A stretch of DNA of 64,000 nucleotides, taken from NCBI GenBank assembly GCA_016842005.1, contig JAENYD010000009.1, positions 20,315-84,314 of the forward strand. The letters run 5' to 3'. A program made the translations under genes and the position numbers. This DNA comes from Clostridium thermobutyricum (GTDB taxonomy: Bacteria; Bacillota; Clostridia; Ch29). Below the pieces are notes generated by a model. The model saw nothing but the letters and a program-made list of their open reading frames with translations, was not told where the DNA came from and did not search any database. Each line of letters opens with the position of its first letter. Position 1 is the first letter of the stretch. This document shows positions 24,743 to 36,475 of the stretch, piece by piece.

Positions 24743-25055
24743 CTCTGGTCACTATCCTCTCCATAATATATTCTACGGCCTTATCCATTTTTTCAATGGC
24801 AGCCTGCTCCATAGACGTCCATTTTGTACGGTATTCTTCCCTGAGTTTATCTACCTCCTTTTCACATGACTTTGTGGCCTTCTCCACCATATCAGCATTT
24901 GCTTCTTCGCCGTCAGTGCGGGCTTTCTGGATAATGGCATCGGCCCTGGCTTTACCGTCCTTTACCAGCTGAGCAGCTTTTTTCCTGGCCTCGGACAGTA
25001 TTTCTTCAGCCTCTTTTTCAGCTTCTTTTATGTTTTTTATTTCTTCAAATGCCAA
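24729..25055 (-). CDS. ntpF: V/A-type ATPase subunit G/H (NtpF-like); TTG start
   Basis: 108-aa charged helical protein. First gene of the operon. GAGGTGGTG RBS. Confidence 0.65.
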   Translation of the reverse strand: MAFEEIKNIKEAEKEAEEILSEARKKAAQLVKDGKARADAIIQKARTDGEEANADMVEKATKSCEKEVDKLREEYRTKWTSMEQAAIEKMDKAVEYIMERIVTRDGNS

Positions 25056-25130
25056 CTAGTAATCACCACCTCATCTGAAAAATATATTTATATCTATGGA
25101 ATCTATGGAGCTGTTTATTGTCCCATAAAC

Positions 25131-25255
25131 GGGATTCCTGGCCTCGGGTGGGGTTTTAACCCCATCTGAAGCTTAAAATCCGTTATCCAGAGGCGTAGCG
25201 TCGCTTATCTCCCTTCCTAAGAGAACGGGAATATTGGGGTCGCTAACCACCGGGA
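25131..25255 (+). repeat. Structured repeat element, copy B
   Basis: Same block order as copies A and C. The hairpin is preserved through G-U pairs. Lies 76 nt upstream of ntpF. Confidence 0.5.
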
Positions 25256-25715
25256 TAAACATAAATGGGAACATTATTACCTCTAAAACTGATAGCATCT
25301 CGGGGGGATGCATATCGTGGAGCAAAAAGTACAAATTAATAATTATACCAACAATTCTATTATACTATAATAATTATAAAATTAACAAAGTCTGTGAGTC
25401 AAAATATACTCTGACACCGATTAATACAGCCAATTAAAGATAGTTCGACATAAAACCCTGAATTCCTGTGAATGTTTAAAATTTTTTTGCAACTTATAAA
25501 ATTAATTGGAAGCTTACATTTTTTTAAGAAACCCCCGGTAATGTAAAACTCCCTTCAGGCGGGCCTCCAAATACAAAAAAAAGGGTAAGAAGAACCCTCT
25601 CTATGGATAGCTGTATTGTATATATTAAACCAGAAAGAGCTCTTCTTTTCATTGCATAATTATTACCATATCAATTACTGTATCCGGATATATATATGCC
25701 AGTGTATTTTGAATA

Positions 25716-26381
25716 CTAAACCTCCATTGTCTTAAGCGGCTCGGCTATAATGAGGTCCGCCTGTGTTGCCTCCATCACTTCTTCCACCGTAGTCTCGGGG
25801 GCTATCTCCTTTAATACCAGTCCCCTGTCGGTAACCTCCATTACCCCCATGTCGGTCACGATCAGGTTGACCTGTTCCCTGGCAGTAAGGGGCAGCGTGC
25901 ACTCTTTCAGTATCTTGGCCTTGCCTTTGGCGGTGTGCTCCATGGCTATTATTACTTTCCTGGCGCCCACGGTCAGGTCCATGGCGCCTCCCATACCGGG
26001 CACCATCTTGCCGGGCACCATCCAGTTGGCCAGGTTGCCTTTCTCATCCACCTGCAGAGCGCCAAGCACGGTTATGTCCACATGGCCTCCCCTTATTATG
26101 GCAAATGAGGTGCAGCTGTCGAAGAAAGCAGCCCCCGGCACTACAGTTACCGGCTGGCCCCCTGCATTGGTCAGGTCGGGGTCTTCTTTCCCTGTCTCCG
26201 GGACAGGTCCCATACCGGCTATACCGTTCTCCGACTGGAATATGACATCTATTCCTTCGGGTATATAATTGGCTACCATGGTGGGCATGCCTATACCCAG
26301 GTTCACCACGTCTCCGTTCTTCAGTTCTTTTGCCACTCTCTTCGCTATAATCTCACGCCTTGTATTTTTGTCCTGTATCAT
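25716..26381 (-). CDS. atoA: 3-oxoacid/acetate CoA-transferase subunit B
   Basis: 221 aa with an SENG motif. Confidence 0.9.
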   Translation of the reverse strand: MIQDKNTRREIIAKRVAKELKNGDVVNLGIGMPTMVANYIPEGIDVIFQSENGIAGMGPVPETGKEDPDLTNAGGQPVTVVPGAAFFDSCTSFAIIRGGHVDITVLGALQVDEKGNLANWMVPGKMVPGMGGAMDLTVGARKVIIAMEHTAKGKAKILKECTLPLTAREQVNLIVTDMGVMEVTDRGLVLKEIAPETTVEEVMEATQADLIIAEPLKTMEV

Positions 26382-27037
26382 TACTTACACCCCCCTGTAA
26401 CTATCATGTCCACCAGAAGCCCCGGCGTTGCAACACTTTCCGGGTCTATATCCCCGGTTTCCACAATTTCATCCGCCTCCACAATAACCACATCGGCAGC
26501 CATAGCCATTATGGGATTGAAGTTGCGGGCAGTTTTGCTGTAGCATACATTACCCTTTTTATCCACCCTGTGGCCCTTTATAAGGGCTATATCCGCCTTC
26601 AGCGGCAGTTCCAGCAGGTATTCCCCGTCTTCTGTCTCTATCTTCTTTTTGCCTTCTTCCACTACCGTACCGAGACCTGTGGGTGTAAGAAATCCTCCCA
26701 GCCCTGCCCCTGCACACCTTATTCTTTCTGCCAGGGTTCCCTGGGGCACCAGCTCCACTTCCAGTTCACCCTCGTTCATCTGCCTGCCTGTCTCAGGGTT
26801 GGTACCTATGTGTGATACTATAACCTTCTTTGCCTGTTTGTTTACCACCAGCCTGCCTATACCCCTGTCAGGAAAGGCAGTGTCATTGCCCACTATTACA
26901 AGGTCCTTCACTCCCCTGTCAACCAGCCCGTCCACCAGCTTTTCCGGGGTACCTACCCCTAAAAAGCCGCCTATCATTACCGTCATACCGGGCTTTATGA
27001 GGTCAATGGCCTGGTCTATGGACTTAATCTTATTCAT
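26381..27037 (-). CDS. atoD: 3-oxoacid/acetate CoA-transferase subunit A
   Basis: 218 aa with a GGFxxxGxP motif. Confidence 0.9.
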   Translation of the reverse strand: MNKIKSIDQAIDLIKPGMTVMIGGFLGVGTPEKLVDGLVDRGVKDLVIVGNDTAFPDRGIGRLVVNKQAKKVIVSHIGTNPETGRQMNEGELEVELVPQGTLAERIRCAGAGLGGFLTPTGLGTVVEEGKKKIETEDGEYLLELPLKADIALIKGHRVDKKGNVCYSKTARNFNPIMAMAADVVIVEADEIVETGDIDPESVATPGLLVDMIVTGGCK

Positions 27038-27108
27038 AGGGCACTCCTCCTTATTTGTTATTAAATTTTAAATATATTTCCCCCAAGGTCTCTGTCAGAT
27101 AAATATAA

Positions 27109-27124
27109 GCAAAGGCTGTGCCAA
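27109..27124 (-). promoter_or_regulatory. Sigma-54 (-24/-12) promoter for atoDA: TTGGCACAGCCTTTGC
   Basis: GG and GC elements with exact consensus spacing, about 70 nt upstream of atoD. Confidence 0.6.
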
Positions 27125-27212
27125 CTATTTCTGACTGCAGGCAATTCAGTCTTCCCGGTTCCAGTACAACCGGGAGCAATAACGGGTGAAAGGCTTTAAA
27201 AGATTTGGTAAG

Positions 27213-27228
27213 ATGCAATTTTGCATCA
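27213..27228. promoter_or_regulatory. Palindrome GATGCAATTTTGCATC, candidate enhancer-binding-protein site (UAS)
   Basis: Perfect inverted repeat between the divergent sigma-54 promoters. The motif TGCAAT-W-TTGCA recurs at 28861-28912. Confidence 0.4.
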
Positions 27229-27591
27229 TTCCGGAGTATGTCTGCATCTCCCCTCTCCCCGGAAATACTCCCTTTATCTCTTTTAGCCTTCTATAAAGTT
27301 TATATTTATGTATGGTCAATAAATAGTTCTGGTCTTACCGCGTCCCTCGCTCCTGCTTACCGGGCTATTTGCCTTCGTAAAATGCTGAAATTTAAAGGGC
27401 AGGATGTATTCCTCTATGGTATCGAAAATCTCTTATCGCATTTTGCTTCAACTAAATATACGCCCTCCTTAAAGCAAAGTCGATTCGGGAGGGGTAAGAA
27501 TTTTATTAAGAAAGATTATATATATCTCCGCAACCAGGCATACTCCGGTCAAAGGTCCGGATCGTACAACGCAAAACTACAGTGTTAGAAA

Positions 27592-27607
27592 TGGCAGGCT
27601 TTTTGCA
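27592..27607 (+). promoter_or_regulatory. Sigma-54 promoter for the thiolase gene: TGGCAGGCTTTTTGCA
   Basis: Consensus GG-N10-GC spacing, about 50 nt upstream of the ATG. Confidence 0.6.
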
Positions 27608-27658
27608 TTAAAGATAACATGAGAAATATACCAAATAAATGTTGAGGAGGTTTTCAAT

Positions 27659-28837
27659 ATGCGGGAAGTTGTTATAGCCGGGGCAGCCAGGACTCCGATA
27701 GGCACCTTTGGCGGCAGCCTTGCCTCCGTATCGGCCATAGATCTGGGAGTGACTGCGGCAAAGGCGGCCATGGATCGGGCAGGCATTAAACCCGAAATGA
27801 TTGAAGAGATAATCATGGGCAATGTGCTTCAGGCAGGCCTGGGACAGAACGTTGCCAGGCAGATTGCCGTTCACGCGGGCATTCCCAAGGAAGTTCCGTC
27901 ATTCACCATTAACAAGGTCTGCGGCTCGGGCCTCAGGGCGGTCAGCCTGGCAGCACAAATCATCCTGCTGGGAGATGCAGATGTGATACTGGCAGGAGGT
28001 ACCGAAAACATGAGCGCCTCTCCCTATCTTGTGCCCAAAGCGCGGTGGGGAGCCAGGATGGGCGATGTCCAGATGGTTGACTATATGGTTCACGACGGGC
28101 TGACCGATATTTTCAATAACTATCATATGGGCATTACCGCCGAGAATATTGTAGAGCAGTGGGGACTTACCAGGGAGGAAATGGATAAGTTTGCACTGAC
28201 CAGCCAGCAAAGGGCAGAGGCTGCGATAAAAGCCGGCAGGTTTAAGGATGAAATTGTTCCGGTAGAAGTTCCGCAGAGAAAAGGGGACCCCATAGTTGTG
28301 GATACTGACGAGCACCCGAAATTTGGCTCTGCCCTGGAAAAGATGCAGAAACTCAGACCTGCATTCAAGAAAGATGGTACGGTAACCGCAGCAAACTCAT
28401 CCGGTATCAATGACGGTTCGGCCGCCCTGGTTGTAATGTCCGGGGAAAAAGCGAAGCAACTGGGTATAAAGCCCCTGTGCACAATCAAGTCCTACGGTTC
28501 GGCGGGAGTGGACCCCTCCATCATGGGTTACGGCCCGGTACCCGCCACCAGGAAGGCATTGGAAAGAGCAGGCCTCACCATCGAGGATATTGACCTGGTT
28601 GAAGCCAACGAAGCCTTTGCCGCACAGTCTCTGGCCGTTATCCGGGACCTGGGGCTGGATACCGAAAAGACCAATGTCAACGGCGGCGCCATCGCCCTGG
28701 GACATCCCATCGGCTGTTCAGGCGCCAGAATCCTTGTTACCCTGATCTACGAAATGATGAAACGGAACGCCAGGTACGGCCTGGCCACCCTCTGTATCGG
28801 CGGAGGCCAGGGAACATCCGTTATAGTCGAAATGTAG
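27659..28837 (+). CDS. Acetyl-CoA C-acetyltransferase (thiolase)
   Basis: 392 aa. Motifs: VNKVCGSG active Cys, and [10 protein letters not shown] plus CIGGGQG at the C-terminus. Confidence 0.95.
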   Translation: MREVVIAGAARTPIGTFGGSLASVSAIDLGVTAAKAAMDRAGIKPEMIEEIIMGNVLQAGLGQNVARQIAVHAGIPKEVPSFTINKVCGSGLRAVSLAAQIILLGDADVILAGGTENMSASPYLVPKARWGARMGDVQMVDYMVHDGLTDIFNNYHMGITAENIVEQWGLTREEMDKFALTSQQRAEAAIKAGRFKDEIVPVEVPQRKGDPIVVDTDEHPKFGSALEKMQKLRPAFKKDGTVTAANSSGINDGSAALVVMSGEKAKQLGIKPLCTIKSYGSAGVDPSIMGYGPVPATRKALERAGLTIEDIDLVEANEAFAAQSLAVIRDLGLDTEKTNVNGGAIALGHPIGCSGARILVTLIYEMMKRNARYGLATLCIGGGQGTSVIVEM

Positions 28838-28853
28838 CGAAAAGGCACAACAA

Positions 28854-28912
28854 CAATACCGATGCAATATTGCATAATATCAGGCAATATTGCATCGGTA
28901 TTGTGCAATATC
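28854..28912. promoter_or_regulatory. Nested 20-bp perfect inverted repeat containing two or three copies of TGCAATATTGCA
   Basis: caataccgatgcaatattgc ... gcaatattgcatcggtattg. No T-run follows. Confidence 0.4.
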
Positions 28913-29104
28913 CCCTTCCAGAGTCAACCCTGTAACAACCTGTATTCTTAAGCCTTTCTTCATGATGGGCCGGGCCATGTAAGGCTGCGCTCCAGAAAAG
29001 CCTCTGCCTGCTGCAAAAGGATTCGTGGCACGGCAATCCGCAATTGTCTGTAATATGCTGCAAACCATGAATATATTCATAATATTCATATCCCCGGCAT
29101 CTGA

Positions 29105-29120
29105 TGGCACAATTTTTGCA
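29105..29120 (+). promoter_or_regulatory. Sigma-54 promoter for atoE: TGGCACAATTTTTGCA
   Basis: Near-perfect -24/-12 consensus, 37 nt upstream of the atoE ATG. Confidence 0.65.
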
Positions 29121-29156
29121 GATATAAGTTGCTATCAAATGAGAGGAGGATTTGCT

Positions 29157-30497
29157 ATGTTTAAAAAGGTTTCCAACTTTTTTGTTGCCCTTGTTCAGAA
29201 GTATTTGCCCGACCCGTTTTTATTTGCGGTATTACTTACCTTCATAGTGTTCATAATGGGTATTACTATCACGGGGCAAACGCCAATGGCAATGGTAGTT
29301 CACTGGGGTAATGGATTCTGGAATTTGCTTGCTTTTTCCATGCAGATGGTACTCATCCTTGTAACAGGCTACACCCTGGCAAACGCACCTGTTATCAAGC
29401 GGGGACTGACTTCTCTGGCCTCAACGGCCGCCAGCCCGGCCAAGGCAATAATGCTGGTATCTTTTGTGGCAGCAGTAGCCAGCTGGATTAACTGGGGTTT
29501 CGGCCTGGTAGTCGGTGCACTGCTGGCAAGAGAAGTGGCCAAAACCGTTAAGAAGGTGGACTACAGGCTTCTTATCGCCAGCGCCTATTCCGGTTTCGTG
29601 GTATGGCACGGAGGCCTCTCCGGTTCAATTCCGCTGAATATTGCCGGTGAAAACCACCTGGCCGCCGAAATCACCGGAGGTGCGGTACCCACAAGCCTTA
29701 CCATCTTTGCTCCCTTCAATCTGGTTATCTCAATAGCCATTATCCTGCTGCTTCCCGTCATCAACAGGGCCATGATGCCCAATGAGCAGGATGTGGTGGA
29801 AGTGGACCCGGCGCTGCTGGAAGAAACAGAATCAGAAACAGCTGCAGAGGTCCAGAAAGTATACTTTGCGGACAAGGTGGAAAACAGCGTAATAATTTCC
29901 ATGCTTACAGGGGTCATGGGTCTTGCATTCGTGGTATACTATTTCGCAAAATCCGGATTTCAGCTGAACCTGAACATTGTTAACTTCACCTTCCTGTTTG
30001 TAGGTATCCTGCTCCACGGCACTCCCAGACGTTTCCTGAATGCCGTGGCAAATGCGGTTAAGGGCAGTGCGGGCATAATCATCCAGTTCCCGTTCTATGC
30101 CGGTATAATGGGAATGATGGTTGGCCCCAACCCGGAAAACCTTTCCCTTGCACAGGTAATATCCAACTGGTTCGTATCAATTTCCAACCAGACCACCTTC
30201 CCCCTGTTCACCTTCCTGAGCGCCGGGATAGTCAACTTCTTCGTGCCTTCCGGAGGAGGACAGTGGGCTGTTCAGGGTCCCATAATGATGCCTGCCGGAG
30301 CGGAGCTGGGAGTTAGCGCTGCCAAGACCGCCATGTCCATCGCCTGGGGAGACGCATGGACCAACATGGTGCAGCCCTTCTGGGCGCTGCCTGCACTGGG
30401 TATAGCAGGTCTGGGCGCCAGGGATATAATGGGCTACTGTATAGTAGTCATGCTGGTCACCGGCGTTATTACAGGACTGGGACTTATGTTCCTGTAG
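29157..30497 (+). CDS. atoE: Short-chain fatty acid transporter
   Basis: AtoE-like polytopic membrane protein. Start at MFKKVS with a GAGAGGAGG RBS. Confidence 0.85.
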   Translation: MFKKVSNFFVALVQKYLPDPFLFAVLLTFIVFIMGITITGQTPMAMVVHWGNGFWNLLAFSMQMVLILVTGYTLANAPVIKRGLTSLASTAASPAKAIMLVSFVAAVASWINWGFGLVVGALLAREVAKTVKKVDYRLLIASAYSGFVVWHGGLSGSIPLNIAGENHLAAEITGGAVPTSLTIFAPFNLVISIAIILLLPVINRAMMPNEQDVVEVDPALLEETESETAAEVQKVYFADKVENSVIISMLTGVMGLAFVVYYFAKSGFQLNLNIVNFTFLFVGILLHGTPRRFLNAVANAVKGSAGIIIQFPFYAGIMGMMVGPNPENLSLAQVISNWFVSISNQTTFPLFTFLSAGIVNFFVPSGGGQWAVQGPIMMPAGAELGVSAAKTAMSIAWGDAWTNMVQPFWALPALGIAGLGARDIMGYCIVVMLVTGVITGLGLMFL

Positions 30498-30523
30498 CAT
30501 CTGGCAGTAACAATAACTATACA

Positions 30524-30563
30524 AAAAAACTCCAAACCCGCTCTATGAGCGGGTTTGTTTTTA
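30524..30563. terminator. Bidirectional terminator between atoE and wecB
   Basis: aaaaaaactccAAACCCGCTCtatGAGCGGGTTTgttttt. Confidence 0.7.
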
Positions 30564-30573
30564 TCTCTTCATA

Positions 30574-31725
30574 TCATCGGGTGAATTCCTCTGGCGGGCA
30601 GCTGCTCAGGCCGGTAAAATACTTGACAGCATCCACTATACGGGCGGATGCCCTGCCGTCCCCGTAGGGATTTACCGCTTCAGCCATGCCCGCATACAGG
30701 TCTTTGTCGTCCAGCAGTCCCGAAACCAGCCTGACAATATCTTCCTTCCGAGTACCCGCCAGTTTTACGGTCCCGGCCTTCACCGCTTCCGGCCTCTCGG
30801 TAACCTCCCTGAGCACCAGTACCGGTTTCCCCAGGGAAGGGGCCTCTTCCTGTATGCCCCCCGAATCCGTCAGAACAATATGGCATTTATTCATAAGATT
30901 TGCAAAGGGGAGATAGTCAACAGGTTCAATGAGGTGAACCTTCTCCGTCCCTCCCAGGATGTCATAGGCCAATTCCCTGACCGCCGGGTTCATATGCACA
31001 GGAAAGACCACTTCCACGTCCCCATAAGCCCCGACAACATCCCTTACCGCCTCAAATATGTTGATCATGGGCCTGCCCAGGTTTTCCCTGCGGTGACAGG
31101 TCAGTAATATCACCCTGTTGCCTGTAAAATCTATATCCTTCAGGGGTGAGAAGCCAAAGGCATAATCTTCCCTCACCACCTGTAAAAGGGCGTCTATAAC
31201 CGTATTGCCTGTGACCACTATATTCTCTTCCTTTATGCCCTCCCGGAGGAGGTTGTCTCTGGCCCCTGCGGTGGGGGCAAAGTGTACATCCGCCAGCGCA
31301 CCGGCCAGTCTCCTGTTCATCTCTTCCGGATAGGGCGCATATTTGTTGCCGGTCCTCAGCCCGGCCTCCACGTGTCCTGTCTTTACCCGGTGATAAAATG
31401 CGGCAAGGCTGCCGGCAAAAGTAGTGGTTGTATCACCGTGCACCAGAAGCATGTCCGGCATTTCCCTCTCTATCACATCTTCCAGCCCTGTCAGCGCTTT
31501 TACGGTAATACCCGTAAGGCTTTGTTTCTCTGTCATTATATCCAGGTCATACCGGGGCGCTATGTCAAAAAGTCCCAGGACCTGGTCCAGCATTTCACGG
31601 TGCTGGGCCGTCACACATACCACTGATTCAATCCGGCTGTCCCCGCTCATCAGTCTGACCAGAGGAGCCATCTTGATGGCCTCGGGACGTGTGCCGAATA
31701 CGCTCATAACCTTTATCTTATGCAT
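30574..31725 (-). CDS. wecB: UDP-N-acetylglucosamine 2-epimerase (non-hydrolysing)
   Basis: 383 aa, MnaA/WecB-like. Confidence 0.9.
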   Translation of the reverse strand: MHKIKVMSVFGTRPEAIKMAPLVRLMSGDSRIESVVCVTAQHREMLDQVLGLFDIAPRYDLDIMTEKQSLTGITVKALTGLEDVIEREMPDMLLVHGDTTTTFAGSLAAFYHRVKTGHVEAGLRTGNKYAPYPEEMNRRLAGALADVHFAPTAGARDNLLREGIKEENIVVTGNTVIDALLQVVREDYAFGFSPLKDIDFTGNRVILLTCHRRENLGRPMINIFEAVRDVVGAYGDVEVVFPVHMNPAVRELAYDILGGTEKVHLIEPVDYLPFANLMNKCHIVLTDSGGIQEEAPSLGKPVLVLREVTERPEAVKAGTVKLAGTRKEDIVRLVSGLLDDKDLYAGMAEAVNPYGDGRASARIVDAVKYFTGLSSCPPEEFTR

Positions 31726-31795
31726 AAAATAATCTCCTCCAGATTACCCGTCTGAATCTCCTTATATAAGAATAAACGCCGGGAATTCCCGGCCT

Positions 31796-32839
31796 TTACT
31801 GATTAAGTTTTCTGTTTCTGCCAGGCTCATCAAAGCCTATCTGGCTTACGGTCACCACCACCGATACAATCACAAACCCGAAAACCGCTGAAGATTTCAC
31901 CGGATTGTCCTGGGTAAGCACTATGGCCCCCAATCCCAAAAATGCGCTGACCAGGTACAGGGCAAACACCGCCTGTTTCTGGGACAGCCCCAGTTCCAGC
32001 AGCCTGTGATGGATATGGCCTTTATCCGCCTCCATGATAGGCCTGCCGTTAGCCGCCCTTCTGATAATGGCAAAGGCAGTATCAAATATGGGCAGCCCCA
32101 GGGCAAGGAGAGGCACAGCTATAGCAAGGGCGGTAGCGCCCTTTATGGCCCCCTCTATTGAAATGGCCGCCAGCACAAACCCCAGGAAAGTAGACCCGGT
32201 ATCTCCCATAAATATCTTGGCGGGATTGAAATTGTAAGGCAGGAATCCAAGAATAGCACCTGCCAGGGCCGCAGTAAGAAGAACAACCATACCATGACCG
32301 TTGATTATGGATACAACCAGCAGCGACATGGATGCAATGGATGCTATTCCGGCGGCCAGGCCGTCCAGTCCGTCTATCAGGTTAAGGGTATTGGTAACAC
32401 CCACTATCCAGAATATGGTAATAGGCACGCTAAATATACCCAGGTAGGACATCCCGTCTATTTTATCAAAAGGATTTGTAACCCATTCCACTTTTATCCC
32501 CGAACTCACCAGCAGTATGGCCGCTACGACCTGAACAGCCAGTTTCAGTTTTGCAGGCAAAGGCCTGACGTCGTCTATTACTCCCAGCGCAACAATAATG
32601 GTGGCGCTTCCCAGTATCCCCAGCAGTTTTGTACTGAAAGGAATCAATAGAAGGGTAATTATGGTAAAGGCAAAATAAATAGACAACCCTCCCAGTCTGG
32701 GAATGGGCCGGGTGTGTACCCGACGCTCATCCCTGGGTATATCTACCGCTCCCACCTTTACTGCCAGCCTTTTTATAAAAGGCGTCATAAAAAAAGAAAT
32801 TATAAGGGATGCTATGAAGGCAATCAAATATTTATCCAC
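31796..32839 (-). CDS. tagO: Undecaprenyl-phosphate GlcNAc-1-phosphate transferase (TagO/WecA, GT4/MraY-like)
   Basis: 347 aa polytopic, with a conserved D-D motif region. Confidence 0.85.
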   Translation of the reverse strand: MDKYLIAFIASLIISFFMTPFIKRLAVKVGAVDIPRDERRVHTRPIPRLGGLSIYFAFTIITLLLIPFSTKLLGILGSATIIVALGVIDDVRPLPAKLKLAVQVVAAILLVSSGIKVEWVTNPFDKIDGMSYLGIFSVPITIFWIVGVTNTLNLIDGLDGLAAGIASIASMSLLVVSIINGHGMVVLLTAALAGAILGFLPYNFNPAKIFMGDTGSTFLGFVLAAISIEGAIKGATALAIAVPLLALGLPIFDTAFAIIRRAANGRPIMEADKGHIHHRLLELGLSQKQAVFALYLVSAFLGLGAIVLTQDNPVKSSAVFGFVIVSVVVTVSQIGFDEPGRNRKLNQ

Positions 32840-32948
32840 AACAACAATGTGCCCCCTTCAATAGTGCTTGTCCTTAGCTCCATTTTAGAGCAATATACGA
32901 TAGGTGTCAACAGGAAGGAACAAATTGTAAAGAAAATTTAATTTTCCC

Positions 32949-34062
<1,114 letters not shown>

Positions 34063-34066
<4 letters not shown>

Positions 34067-34542
34067 ACTCCCTTCAGTTTCAGAACCAGTCTGTCAATGG
34101 CCTCTTCTAATTCCCGGGCACACACCTCATAATATTCCACAGGACCTCCAAAGGGATCGGATATATCCGCCGTCTCAACTTTTTCATTATCTTCATCTCC
34201 CTGTCCGTATACATACTCCTTGAGGGTGAACACCTTTTCCGCAGCCCGGGGAGCCATATTGACTATGGCCTGCCTGTGATCCCGGGTCATTGTCAGTATC
34301 AGGTCAGCCTCGTCAATCATCCCGGGGTCAAGGGTCCTGGCCCTGTGGGCCGAAAGGTCTATTCCCCTGTCCGCCATCACCCGCACCGCATGACCGGAAG
34401 CCTTATCCTCCCGGAATGCCGCCGTCCCGGCCGACCATACCTTTATGTCCAGACCGGTGTCCTTTAGCTTCTCCCTGAGCAGAGCCTCCGCCATACTGCT
34501 TCGGCAGGTATTCCCCGTACATACAAACAGCACACTCCTCAA
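34063..34542 (-). CDS. ywlE: Low-molecular-weight protein phosphatase (YwlE-like arginine/tyrosine phosphatase)
   Basis: CTGNTCRS P-loop. Confidence 0.85.
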
Positions 34543-34562
34543 TCTCCCACCTCCCGTTTGTT

Positions 34563-35615
34563 TTACACCTTTATCACGTTGTATCCTGCGGATTTAAGCA
34601 GACGGTTCATCACTGCCAGGCCCATGTCCTTTTCCTCCACCGACTCTGCCAGTATAACATCCACTTTTCTCTTGTCGAATTCCCTGAGGATGCTGAAAAG
34701 ACGGGCCGCTATGGTACCCGGTGCTTCCCTGTCTCCCGCCGGGATAACAACTCCCCGGCTGTACAGCTGCCGGGTCTGTTCGGTAGCCAGGATACCCACC
34801 TTCCTGCCCTGCCCTTCCAGTTCCCGGGTCATCTGCTTTATCTTTTCCGCCACCCTGTCCACTTTTCCATCTATTATTATAACCTGGGCCTCGGGAGAAT
34901 AATGGGTATACTTCATGCCGGGAGACCTGGGGACAGAGATACCATCAATATCCGCAAGAGCAGGGTCAACAGATACATCTCCCGCCACTTCACGGATTTG
35001 CTCAAGGGTAATCCCCCCTGGCCGCAGTACCGTAACAGGCAGACAGGTGACATCTATTACCGTGGATTCCACTCCGATGGAAACCCTTCCCCCGTCAATT
35101 ATCATATCCACCCTGCCCATCAGGTCATCCATTACATGTTCCGCTACAGTAGGGCTGGGTTTTCCTGAAATATTGGCGCTGGGGGCAGCTATGGGAACCC
35201 CTGCATACCTTATCAGCAGGATGGCGATTTCATGGTCTGGCATCCTCACTGCCACAGTATCCAGCCCAGCGGTGACCTCTTCCGGCACCCGGGATGACTT
35301 ATCCATCACCAGGGTCATAGGCCCCGGCCAGAACCTGTCTATAAGCCTGACTGCACTGTCCGGCACCGACCTGACAAGCTTGTCCAGTTCCTTCACATCC
35401 GAAATATGCAAAATAAGGGGATTATCCGAAGGTCTGCCTTTGGCCTCAAATATCCTCCCCGCTGCAGCGCCGTCCAGCCCGTTGGCTCCCAGACCGTATA
35501 CCGTCTCCGTGGGAAAGGCCACAAGACCCCCTCTCCTGATGATGGCGCCCGCCCTTTTCATAATCCCATGGTCTATGTTGTTCACATCAATTTTCACTAA
35601 TTCGGTATCCAGCAT
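34563..35615 (-). CDS. tsaC: L-threonylcarbamoyladenylate synthase (Sua5/YwlC type)
   Basis: 350 aa with a YrdC domain plus a Sua5 C-terminal domain. Confidence 0.9.
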   Translation of the reverse strand: MLDTELVKIDVNNIDHGIMKRAGAIIRRGGLVAFPTETVYGLGANGLDGAAAGRIFEAKGRPSDNPLILHISDVKELDKLVRSVPDSAVRLIDRFWPGPMTLVMDKSSRVPEEVTAGLDTVAVRMPDHEIAILLIRYAGVPIAAPSANISGKPSPTVAEHVMDDLMGRVDMIIDGGRVSIGVESTVIDVTCLPVTVLRPGGITLEQIREVAGDVSVDPALADIDGISVPRSPGMKYTHYSPEAQVIIIDGKVDRVAEKIKQMTRELEGQGRKVGILATEQTRQLYSRGVVIPAGDREAPGTIAARLFSILREFDKRKVDVILAESVEEKDMGLAVMNRLLKSAGYNVIKV

Positions 35616-35665
35616 GGTCCATTATCACCCCCGGAACCAGATCGGTCAATACTTTCTTCCTTATT

Positions 35666-36418
35666 CTATCTGAACTCAAGGGACAGCACTATACCCCCTA
35701 TTATCCCAAGTATAATGCCAAAGGAAGATGCCCTGCCCTTGTAAATACTCTGAGACCTGGGTATAAGCTCCCCGCAGGTAATGAAAAGCATGGCACCCCC
35801 TGCAAAGGCCAGGCAGAAAGAAATCAGCGCGGCGGACAGTTCCCCCAGCAACGAACCCGTCAAAGCCCCGAAACCCATTGGTATACCTGCCATAACCGTT
35901 GCGATGAATATCTTAACCCTGGAATATCCCCCCGCCAGCATGGGAGTAGCCATTGCAATCCCTTCCGGGATGTTATGAAAGGCTATAACTATGGCAAGGT
36001 TAATCCCCAGACGGGTGGCTGCCACCAGACCGGAACCAATGGCAAGGCCCTCGGGAAAATTATGTATGGCAATGCCTATGCCCAGCAGTACCCCCGTTCT
36101 TATGTACGCGCTGCCCGAAGGCTTACTGTCTGAAAGGTTTCTCAAAGAGATAAGCTGGTCAATAAGGGTTATTATGCCCGTGCCGAATAATATCCCTGTG
36201 ATGCCTATGGCCAGACTCCCTATCTCAAAGGCCTCCGGCAGTAAATCAAAACAGACTATCGATATCATCAGACCGCTGGACAATCCCAGTACCGCGCCCA
36301 TCAGCCTGTTGGAAGGATGACGGAATACAAAGGCCATGGCTCCTCCGGTACAGGTCCCTATGATGCCCACTGCAAATCCCAGGAAAGTAACAGCCAACAG
36401 GTAGTTCAAATTCATCAC
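35666..36418 (-). CDS. ZIP family metal (zinc) transporter
   Basis: 250 aa polytopic with HNxPEG motifs. Confidence 0.8.
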   Translation of the reverse strand: MMNLNYLLAVTFLGFAVGIIGTCTGGAMAFVFRHPSNRLMGAVLGLSSGLMISIVCFDLLPEAFEIGSLAIGITGILFGTGIITLIDQLISLRNLSDSKPSGSAYIRTGVLLGIGIAIHNFPEGLAIGSGLVAATRLGINLAIVIAFHNIPEGIAMATPMLAGGYSRVKIFIATVMAGIPMGFGALTGSLLGELSAALISFCLAFAGGAMLFITCGELIPRSQSIYKGRASSFGIILGIIGGIVLSLEFR

Positions 36419-36475
36419 TCCTCGGATGACAGAATGCCTGTTAATATTCTATTCTCTCCCGGTAATGCATAGCAC

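Noticed and set aside
25234-25437. 67-aa plus-strand ORF in the AT-rich ntp upstream region
   Set aside because: Low-complexity, Asn/Ile/Lys-rich translation of AT-rich non-coding DNA. No RBS.
29024-29040. TGGCACGGCAATCCGC as a fourth sigma-54 promoter
   Set aside because: The -12 element does not align (no TTGC at the correct spacing). The better site is at 29105-29120.
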